This document shows, piece after piece, positions 15,001 to 25,297 of a stretch of 64,000 nucleotides of DNA. The translations under genes and the position numbers were made by a program. A model generated the notes under the pieces. That model saw nothing but the letters and a program-made list of their open reading frames with translations, ran no database searches and was not told where the DNA came from. Position 1 is the first letter of the stretch. The number at the start of each line of letters is the position of its first letter. This DNA is from Euprymna scolopes (taxonomy: Eukaryota), in assembly GCA_053919585.1 (NCBI GenBank), contig CM132790.1; one strand, 5' to 3'.

Positions 15001-18000
15001 CAATGTTTCTGGAAGTTCAACTGGTATATTGTCCACTTCGTTTTTCTCATCAATCACTATTTTTTTATCAATCTCATGTTCTTCTAAAGCTATGTGCTCT
15101 GTTGGAGTTATGTCTTCCGCAGCAGAAATTAGCATTTCCTCGCTCTCTGTAAGAATCGGTTCGGAAACCTGAGCAAAGTCAACGTCTTCTGATTGTGTGT
15201 GTGACGCGTGCGTAATTTCGGGCAAATTTGTGTCGTCAAGTTCGACTTCAAGTGGACATTCGGTAGATTTTATTTCAGAAGGTAAATCAATGTTGTCAGT
15301 ATCAAGTGTGTCTAGTTGTTTCTCAATATCCTCTACTATTTCACACTGATCACCAGCATCCACTGTTTCAGTGAAACTTGGTAAGTCCTCGTGAAAGACA
15401 TTATCTGGTAGGACATTACACTCAGCTTCAACATTATTTTCAGTCTCATTCAAATTAAGGTCAGTCTCCTCAAGATTTCCTAACTGAGTTGTAATTTCAT
15501 CTTCGCCTTCAGGATCCACCACAATCTCTTCTTCAGTCTCAACTTTAGGTTCACGCTTCTTAAACAGATTTTCGAAGAAACGTTTCACCGGATTCTCTTT
15601 CTTTTCATCTGACTTTGATGTTTCTTCAGTTATTTCGATTATTTCTTCATCGTTCATAGTAATTTCAACACATTCCTCTTCAGGTTTTGTTTGATTATCA
15701 GACAATTCTTCCTTTAAAACCAATTCTTCCTCTTCTTCTTCGTCTTCGGGATCAATTTGAGTATTTTCGAAATTGTTAAGATGCTCTTTTATTTCATTCG
15801 AATCTGTTAGATTCTCTTGATTCTCCATCGGGATTATAGAAGGTATTGTGGATTCTGAAGTCTCTTCAACTTCTGATATCCCAGTTACAGTTATATCTTC
15901 TATTTCCCGTTCTACGAAAATTTCACCTTCATCAAATTTTTCCGGAAGATGTACACCAACTTCTTCTTCTGGTAAAATATCTTCAAACTCATTTGGCAAC
16001 TGAACTTCAAATTCGGTGTTTTCTTTTCCTTCTACTCTTTCTTCTGTTTCTTCTTTTTCTTCAAGTGTTTCTTTGACTTCTTCAAAATCCCTCTCCTCCG
16101 TTTTCTCTATCGGATCTCGTTTTTTAAACAGATTATCAAAGAATCGTTTAACAGGATTTTCTTTCTTTTCTTTTGGTTTTGGAATTTCGTCAATAATTTC
16201 TAACATTTCTTCATTTTCTGTAATCGTTTCAGCTGCTTCGTCATTTGCCATTTTATCCTCTATTAATTCTTCAGCTAAAGTCAGTTCATTTTCTTCCACT
16301 GCCAGAGTCTCTTCGGCAACACTTGGAATACTTTTAATTTTTGAATCCTCTTCTGTTGTTATTTCTAAATCATTTTCCTCACTTGCATCTGCTATATCAT
16401 TTACTGTCATAATTACATCTTCTGCAATTGGTATTGGCTGTTCTGTAGATTCGCTAATTTCTAAATCTGAATTCTGACCATTTAATTTATCTTCTAGTTC
16501 TGCTTCTTCTAATTCAATGGAATCTGTTGGAATTGAAACAGCAACTTCTGTTTCCTCTTGCATAATTTCATGTTCTGCAGGAGAATCGATACTGACACCG
16601 GAAACAGGCACACCCGACTCCTCAGTGACTACGATGACGCGGTCTTCATCCAATGTTTCTGGAAGTTCAACTGGTATATTGTCCACTTCGTTTTTCTCAT
16701 CAATCACTATTTTTTCATCAATCTCATGTTCGTCTAAAGCTATATTCTCTGTTGGAGTTATGTCTTTCGCAGCAGAAATTAGCATTTCCTCGCCCTCTGT
16801 AAGAATCGGTTCGGAAACCTGAGCAAAGTCAACGTCTTCTGATTGTGTGTGTGACGCTTGCGTAATTTCGGGCAAATTTGTGTCGTCAAGTTCGACTTCT
16901 AGTGGACATTCGGTAGATTTTATTTCAGAAGGTAAATCAATGTTGTCAGTATCAAGTGTGTCTAGTTGTTTCTCAATATCCTCTACTATTTCACACTGAT
17001 CACCAGCATCCACTGTTTCAGTGAAACTTGGTAAGTCCTCGTGAAAGACATTATCTGGCAGGACATTACACTCAGCTTCAACATTATTTTCAGTCTCATT
17101 CAAATTAAGGTCAGTCTCCTCAAGATTTCCTAACTGAGTTGTAATTTCATCTTCGCCTTCAGGATCCACCACAATCTCTTCTTCAGTCTCAACTTTAGGT
17201 TCACGCTTCTTAAACAGATTTTCGAAGAAACGTTTCACCGGATTCTCTTTCTTTTCATCTGACTTTGATGTTTCTTCAGTTATTTCGATTATTTCTTCAT
17301 CGTTCATAGTAATTTCAACACATTCCTCTTCAGGTTTTGTTTGATTATCAGACAATTCTTCCTTTAAAACCAATTCTTCCTCTTCTTCTTCGTCTTCGGG
17401 ATTAATTTGAGTATTTTCGAAATTGTTAAGATGCTCTTTTATTTCATTCGAATCTGTTAGATTCTCTTGATTCTCCATCGGGATTATAGAAGGTATTGTG
17501 GATTCTGAAGTCTCTTCAACTTCTGATATCCCAGTTACAGTTATATCTTCTATTTCCCGTTCTACGAAAATTTCACCTTCATCAAATTTTTCCGGAAGAT
17601 GTACACCAACTTCTTCTTCTGGTAAAATATCTTCAAACTCATTTGGCAACTGAACTTCAAATTCGGTGTTTTCTTTTCCTTCTACTCTTTCTTCTGTTTC
17701 TTCTTTTTCTTCAAGTGTTTCTTTGACTTCTTCAAAATCCCTCTCCTCCGTTTTCTCTATCGGATCTCGTTTTTTAAACAGATTATCAAAGAATCGTTTA
17801 ACAGGATTTTCTTTCTTTTCTTTTGGTTTTGGAATTTCGTCAATAATTTCTAACATTTCTTCATTTTCTGTAATCGTTTCAGCTGCTTCGTCATTTGCCA
17901 TTTTATCCTCTATTAATTCTTCAGCTAAAGTCAGTTCATTTTCTTCCACTGCCAGAGTCTCTTCGGCAACACTTGGAATACTTTTAATTTTTGAATCCTC

Positions 18001-19042
18001 TTCTGTTGTTATTTCTAAATCATTTTCCTCACTTGCATCTGCTATATCATTTACTGTCATAATTACATCTTCTGCAATTGGTATTGGCTGTTCTGTAGAT
18101 TCGCTAATTTCTAAATCTGAATTCTGACCATTTAATTTATCTTCTAGTTCTGCTTCTTCTAATTCAATGGAATCTGTTGGAATTGAAACAGCAACTTCTG
18201 TTTCCTCTTGCATAATTTCATGTTCTGCAGGAGAATCGATACTGACACCGGAAACAGGCACACCCGACTCCTCAGTGACTACGATGACGCGGTCTTCATC
18301 CAATGTTTCTGGAAGTTCAACTGGTATATTGTCCACTTCGTTTTTCTCATCAATCACTATTTTTTTATCAATCTCATGTTCGTCTAAAGCTATGTGCTCT
18401 GTTGGAGTTATGTCTTCCGCAGCAGAAATTAGCATTTCCTCGCCCTCTGTAAGAATCGGTTCGGAAACCTGAGCAAAGTCAACGTCTTCTGATTGTGTGT
18501 GTGACGCTTGCGTAATTTCGGGCAAATTTGTGTCGTCAAGTTCGACTTCAAGTGGACATTCGGTAGATTTTATTTCAGAAGGTAAATCAATGTTGTCAGT
18601 ATCAAGTGTGTCTAGTTGTTTCTCAATATCCTCTACTATTTCACACTGATCACCAGCATCCACTGTTTCAGTGAAACTTGGTAAGTCCTCGTGAAAGACA
18701 TTATCTGGAAAGACATTACACTCAGCTTCAACATTATTTTCAGTCTCATTCAAATTAAGGTCAGTCTCCTCAAGATTTCCTAACTGAGTTGTAATTTCAT
18801 CTTCGCCTTCAGGATCCACCACAATCTCTTCTTCAGTCTCAACTTTAGGTTCACGCTTCTTAAACAGATTTTCGAAGAAACGTTTCACCGGATTCTCTTT
18901 CTTTTTATCTGACTTTGGTTTTTCTTCAGTTATTTCGGTTATTTCTTCATCGTTCATAGTAATTTCAACACATTCCTCTTCAGGTTTTGTTTGATTATCA
19001 GACAATTCTTCCTTTAAAACCAATTCTTCCTCTTCCTCTTCG
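1..19042 (-). repeat. Coding tandem array: 1,650-bp (550-aa) unit x about 11.5, continuing past the window start
   Basis: Units start at 1, 1651, 3301 ... 18151 and differ by only a few substitutions each, with no indels. Similarity ends at about 19042. Confidence 0.98.
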
Positions 19043-22000
19043 TATGCTGGTTTGTCTATGGAATCAATTTGAATATTTTTAATTTGCGATATTTCATCTT
19101 CACTAAGTTGTAACTTATTTACAACTTCAGATACATCTGTCTCTTTACTTTCGACCTTTGTTTTTTGTTTTTGAAACAAGTTATTGAAGAGACGACTTAC
19201 TGGGGTTTCAGTTCTCTTTTTGGCTGCAGTCTTCTCTTGAACCTCTATTATTTCTACGTTCTCCTCTTTGCGTTCTTCAACTTCATCAGCTTTATTTTTT
19301 TCTTTATTTTCGTCATTCAATTTTTGTCCGTCTTTTGTTGTTTTCTCGACGTTTTCCATTGATGTTTTCTTAAAATCCATTTCGTTGTCCGTTACTTTTT
19401 TTCCATTACGAACGTCTTGGTCGACTAGAGTACTTTTATCCTTCGCAATCATCTCTGCAGTCATGTGTGTTTCTTCTTCCGAAAATGCAGACATTTTTGC
19501 TTCCGAAGTCTGGATAGGATGTTTATCTACTGATTCTATGTCTTGTATGTTTGTATTTTCGCCGGCAATCTTGGTTTTGATCACTTCATCTGTCAGTTCA
19601 ACATCTAGTTCAATAACAGATTCAATACTCTGTTCACTCCCTTCTTCTGTTCCGTCACTATCTTCAATGTTTTTATTTATTTTATTTTTTTCCACAAACT
19701 TTTCCATTTTTGCCGGGATATTTTCGAAAGTATTGGTTTGTTCGATTAATTGCTCCTCACTAGTTATCCTCTTTCCATCACCTGAAGTAATATCTTGTGT
19801 TGGGATTATATTTTCTTTGTCAGAAATTGGCAATCCTTCAGATTCGGCAATTATCGGATCCAAAACCTGAGTTAAATTGGTGTCTTCTGATTCTTTTTGT
19901 GGCAATTGGGGAGTTTCGCCGAAAGCCGGATTCTGAATTTCGATTTCAATTTGCGTCTTATTCGTCTCGTTTTTCGTTGGTAAAATAATGTCGTCGTCGC
20001 ATTCATGTGTTTTGGTTTCAATATCTTCAATTACTTCACTTTCATCACGTACTGTTGAAACATGAACGGCAGACATATTTTCTCCTGTTTCAACATTCTT
20101 TTGAATCGGCACTTGAATTTCGTTTTCTTGAACGGGGGAAATCTTTACTTCAGTTCCGACGTTGGGCAATTGAATTTCTTTTTTTTGGTTGGCAGAAAGC
20201 TTTTCTTCAGTTTCGTCATGGGCTGCAATCGGCATTTGGATTTCGCTTTCTTGAACAGGGCACATCTTTTCTTCAATTTGGACATTGGGTTCAACCGGCA
20301 TTTTAATTTCGTTTTCTTGAATGGCAGGAAGCTTTTCTTCAGTTTCGATATTGGCTTCAATCGGTATTTTGATTTTGCTTTCTTGCCCATAACAAATCTT
20401 TTCTTCGTTGGGTTCAATCTGTAGTTGAATTTCGCTTTGTTGAACGGCAGAAATAGTTTGTTCAGTTTCGATATTGGATTCAACCGACACTGAAATTTCG
20501 TTTTCTTGAACGGCAGAAATAATTTGTCCAGTTTCGATATTGGATTCAGCTGAGTCTTGAATGTCGTTTTCTTGAACGACAGGAATCTTCTCTTCAGTTT
20601 CAATCTTTGGATCAGGTTTCTTAAGCAATTTACTGAAGAAACGACTAACTGGACTCTCCTTTTTATACCCTATTGGATTTGCTTTTTCTTCTATTACTTC
20701 TATTTTATCTTCCTTATCTTTATCATCAGGAGGCACTTCTATTTCTATTTGCTCTTCTAGCAAATTATCATTCAAACCGGTTTCATTTTCTTCTGTCACT
20801 GTGGCATTGATGTCGGCTGGAATATTTACTAAATCATTTTTAACTTCGACCAAATCTTTCGCCTGATCTTCTGAAGAAATATTATCTTCAACGTTTATAT
20901 GTTCATTATTATTTGCAGTCTCTTCTGATGATTCGCAAATATTCGTTTCAGAAGTCTGTGCAATATCAATATCTTCAAATTCTGTTGCTTCTGTTTGAGG
21001 GATCGCTTTGTCTGGGTCAACATCCGTAACACGTCCACGTTTTCTATTTCCTTCTGTTGGTTCTGAGATATTTGGCGGAGTAGGTTCTTCTTTATGTAAT
21101 GCTTTTGTCTCTACAATACACCCATCTTCATTATCTGTCAAGTCGGTCAGATTTTCAGGATTATCATTTGACTGGGCTGGTGCTTCAAGTTCCTTATTTT
21201 GATCGTCAAAAGTCTTTACTTCAATCTCGACTGGGAGTTCGCGTTTTTTAAACAATTTATCAAAGAAACGACTGACTGGACTTTCTTTCTTAGTTTCTAT
21301 TGGCTTTGGTGTTTCCTCTTTTATTTTTATCACTTCATCCCGGTCCTTGACATCTTCAATAGTTTCTTCCTTCTCGTACAGATCTTCTGGATGATTTTCG
21401 ACGGAAACTGTCTCATTTTCTTTCCTAGGCACGATTACTTCCTTTCTATGTTGTTTGTCTGAATCTTTAGAAACTTTATAATTGTCGTCAGCAACTTTTT
21501 CATCATTGCAAACGAAGACGAATGACTCATTATTTGTATTTGGATATTCTTCCGATTTCAAATCGGTTTCAGTTTGATCCTTTGTATTTTCAGTTACTGA
21601 GACTTCTATCTTTTTGCAAGTTGAATTCACATCATCGCCATCTTCATTCGTTTCATCAGGTAACGCGTCCACTGTTGTTAATTCCACCATTTGGCTTTCT
21701 TCTTTTAAATTGTCCTCACCTGACTGTGTTTTGATTTCTTCTGTGGCAGGCGAATATTTTAATGGACCAGTTGCAATATTCTTTGTCACATCTACATTTT
21801 TAGAAAATATCATTTGTAACTTCCTACGAATCTTCGAGAATTTTTTCAGTCCCGGTGTCTTATTAGCAGACACAACAGTGACATCTATGTCGTCCTGGCT
21901 TTCATTGGAAAAAGATGAAGACGGTGATTTTAAACCAGAATCATCAGAGATATTCTTTTCAGAACACATAGATTCTGATTCTTCCCCAGAGTCAAGCTTG

Positions 22001-24137
22001 AAAGGTTCGTTTCTGAACACTGAAGATCGCTGTTCGGTTAGTTCGTCTGATTCCTCATCCGTCTGATCCGTCTTGCCGATCGCTTCTAGTGATAACTCTA
22101 GGGAATCAACTTCCATGTCAGTATCTTCATTGTCACTGATTTGCTTCAAAGTGATATCGGCCATTTCCTGTTGGTCATCTGGTTCCAGATGAGATTTGTC
22201 AGGGTTTATCAAGAAGAAGGGATCCGCTTTTATCTTTTGATTTAGTTTGGTCTTTTCATTCTCGTTCGTTTCAATCTCGTCTTCTGACATTGTTTCAGCA
22301 TCATCGGTAATCGTGCGATTTAACTCTAACGAGTCCGTTTCCATGCTACTCGAATCATTTTCAGAATATTGGGATTCTTCGATCGTTTCAAGCAAAGGAA
22401 CATGGCGTTTCAAATCACTTTCTTCGTTTCGTATAAATGGTTTGACTGGTTCTGTTGGACATTCAATAGTACTTTCATTTAAAGAGTCAGTCTCCACTTT
22501 TTCCACCGGACTTTTAATATAAGGCTGTGTTTCCACATCTACAGGATTTTGAATGTAGTGTTGGGTTTTGACTTCCTCTGTCGGATTTTGAATAGAAGGT
22601 TGTGTTTCAACTTGATTTGCCAATATTTGAATGGGAGGTTGTGTTTTAGCTGTTTCTACCGGGTTTTGACTAGCAGGTTGTGTTTCGATTTCTTCTCCCT
22701 GATTTTGAACCGAAGGTTGTTCTACGCCTTCTTCTGTCGGGATTTCAACTGCTGTTTTTGTCTGAACATCATCTACCGGTATTTGACTGGAAGGTTTTAT
22801 TTCAATTTCATGAATTATAGGTTTCTCTTGCTCTGCCATTGAAGGTTTAGGACTTGTTGGTATAAGTGAATCTTCTGACTCAGGAGTTGACTTGCTCAGT
22901 TGTTCGATTGCATTTTGGGGTCTTTGTATTTTTGACGGGCTTTTTGAATCGGGTGGCAAATCTTTTTCTTCTGAGAGCTTTTCTGAGGTCACACAATCCT
23001 GAAAAAACTCTTTTATTTCGGATTCAGGAATTACATATTCTACTGACTTGCCTTCGCTTGTCAGAGAATCTCCCGTATCATTTTGGTCGCTTACCTCTCC
23101 ATCATCAGTTGAAACCGAATTTGGAGAATGTGGTATAATTTTTTTATGAATTGGTTTAAAGTCATCAATTTCTACTGGATCTGCGACCAGACGTGGAGCC
23201 AATGTTTCGAAGTCTTCTTCTTGTTGCCTCTTGTGTAAATCTTCAAGCTTCATCTTACATTCTTCAGGGAAATTCTCTAGACTTTCATGTTCGTCGGTGC
23301 TCGTGATTGTGCCAGAATTATTGTAAATGTCAGGAGATCCTTGTCTTGTGCTATCGCCTGATTCAAGTTTTGTAAACGTACTCGAGCTAATTTTAGAACA
23401 TGGTGAATTCCGTTCCGAGGAATAAATATCTAAGTTTGAAACCGGACTCGGATTCTCAGATTCTGTTCTGAGACTCGAAAGTGGCCAATCATAATAATTG
23501 TCTGCATTCATAGTTTCCGATTCGTCATCTGTGACATGTTGGCTTTCGTATTTTTCAGGCACATCAGACGATATTTGACTTGCTGGAGTCTCAGATGGCG
23601 ATTTGATTACCGATGTTGGAAAATTGTTTTGCCCTAAGATTGGTGTATTATCGTCACTTTGTGTACTTTCTGTGGAAGATAACGCATCATCATCTTTGGG
23701 ATGAAGCATCTTTGCTGCATCTTCTGTATGATTCTTGTCGCTGTCTTGGTTTTTATCACCCGTGATGATATCCATGGATGTTGATTTGTCAGGAGGTTTT
23801 TCTACTTCCGGCAAGGGATACTCTTGCGAAAACAAATTTTTTTCTCGTTCTGTAACGGAAGGTTTAGGACTTCTTGGTATGCGGGAAGCTTTCGACTCGA
23901 GATTCGACTTGCTTGGTTGTTCGGTTGCGGTTTGCGGTATTTGAGACAGATTATGAGAATCTAGCGGCAAATCTTTTGTTGCGTCTTCTTTTGGGTCATT
24001 CTTTGTTAGAGGTTTATCCGGAGCAGGTTTTTGTTTGATGGGAAGACGACTTTTAGATGATGATTCCGGACTATCGGATGAATCCGACTTTTTCCGTGAA
24101 GGGTAAACTGGACTGCCTTCAGGATCGGTCGGCGTCA
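1..24137 (-). CDS. Giant coding exon (>=24.1 kb, >=8,045 codons, 3'-partial) of an acidic, repeat-rich, probably disordered protein with periodic basic amphipathic helix motifs; orthology unknown
   Basis: The minus-strand acceptor reads tgcttttacttttttacag|TG ACG CCG ACC (CAG at 24140-24138, phase 1). The frame starts TPTDPEGSPVYPSRKKSDSS... and is the same frame at position 1 (...SIELEEA). Every segment I translated by hand was stop-free, and no terminated long minus ORF appears in the track, which fits a frame running off the edge. The repeat periods (1650, 66, 39 bp) are multiples of 3. There are no TE or microsatellite insertions. Confidence 0.92.
20050..20600 (-). repeat. Degenerate 66-bp (22-aa) coding repeat, about 8 copies, consensus ~ETEEKLPAVQENEIQMPVEPNI
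   Basis: The anchor ttcttga-like word recurs at about 20126, 20248, 20314, 20380, 20437, 20503 and 20569. The copies translate in the giant-exon frame. Confidence 0.85.
22510..22860 (-). repeat. Degenerate 39-bp (13-aa) coding repeat, about 9 copies (~ETQPSIQNPTEEV)
   Basis: ggttg recurs at about 22598, 22637, 22676 and 22715 (39-bp period), in frame with the giant exon. Confidence 0.8.
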
Positions 24138-24601
24138 CTGTAAAAAAGTAAAAGCATAGTTTTAATAAGAATTATAGCGAAACAAATTTATCATGGAAAC
24201 ACTTAATATATATTAGGCGAACCATGACCTGTTGAGTCAACATTGGTATTACATGCATTTAGTGCCTTCAATAAAATTAAATATATACGAGTAGATATGT
24301 AAGTTTATAAGAAGGCTGTAGCAATGTAGAATGCCAAGTTATTAAAATGTTCTTACGATGTTTTTTATTTTTTATTTTTTATTAAAAAAACGACGTTATT
24401 CTCGAAATATCAAAGACATTTACTATCCTGGTTATATTAAACAGTAGATCCATACTTACTATATGTGATTGATTTTGAAAAAATAAATAGATATACAAAG
24501 ATTTATAAAATCAACAAGACCTTCATTCGTTTGTCTGTTTTTGTCAATCCGTCACATCATATTATAACTCCGGTATTCTACATTGCTACAACCTACACTT
24601 G

Positions 24602-24606
<5 letters not shown>

Positions 24607-24666
<60 letters not shown>
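24607..24666. repeat. (AG)n microsatellite. Others lie at about 28930 (GT), 29985-30065 (TTC/TTA), 32850, 37132, 45150 and 60186 (TA), 45693 and 50444 (AG), 46843 (CCAA), 49820 (CA), 51490 (TTA)
   Basis: Directly visible simple repeats. Confidence 0.98.
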
Positions 24667-24669
<3 letters not shown>

Positions 24670-25297
24670 GTGAGTAAACGTGGAGTGTAGACACGTTTAC
24701 CAGAACCGAAGGTCAGCTGATCAGATTACGTATGAGTGACGTGGTCAGGTTGGCTAGATCTGGGAGATTTGATTTGGGCTTTGAAGAAGACGGACGGCTT
24801 TCCGTTGTCTCCCCCTCTTAACTGGGTAGGGGGAGGAGACGAACGCTGACGTGTGTAGAAGAAGAACCCACACAGGCCGATTTCACTTCCACCTTCTGCA
24901 GGACCTCTGGGGAAAGTGAAATAAAAACTATAAAACCATTTCATCGTCTTGGAGTGATAAATCTTCGTCAAACAGGTATCAAGTCTTCATCCAGGATGAG
25001 AAATTTCCAGATGGTCCAACATCGAAGAAGCAGAGGTAGGTTCTGAAAATACATGTCACACACACGATTCCCTTTATGATAATCAAACACACAACCATTT
25101 ATATTAGAGACAATCATACGCACACGGAATCCTTTTATGTTATACACCAAACGTAAATGGTGCCCTCAATGATAACCCTAGTGAGAACTCAGATGAAGAA
25201 CAATATATAACAAATGTTCAATTTGGTGCCGTAACTGACCAGACCACCTAGCAAGGGTGGGTTTAAAAGACGCATCACCGATGCGATAATCGAACCT

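Noticed and set aside
1-19042. Non-coding satellite or CRISPR-like array
   Set aside because: There is no repeat-spacer structure. The unit is 3n, stop-free in the parts translated, and continuous with unique coding sequence.
20145-20603. 152-aa K/L-rich minus-strand ORF
   Set aside because: It is an alternative frame of the 66-bp repeat inside the giant exon, with no independent support.
17-23944. Many plus-strand S/F/L-rich ORFs (101, 76, 153 aa and others) repeated every 1,650 bp
   Set aside because: They are antisense shadows of the E/K-rich minus-strand frame. The synonymous-site pattern in the repeated motif supports the minus frame.
1-24137. Naming the gene (giant ankyrin, Futsch/MAP1, titin, AKAP12)
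   Set aside because: No diagnostic domain is visible in the window; the resemblance is only architectural.
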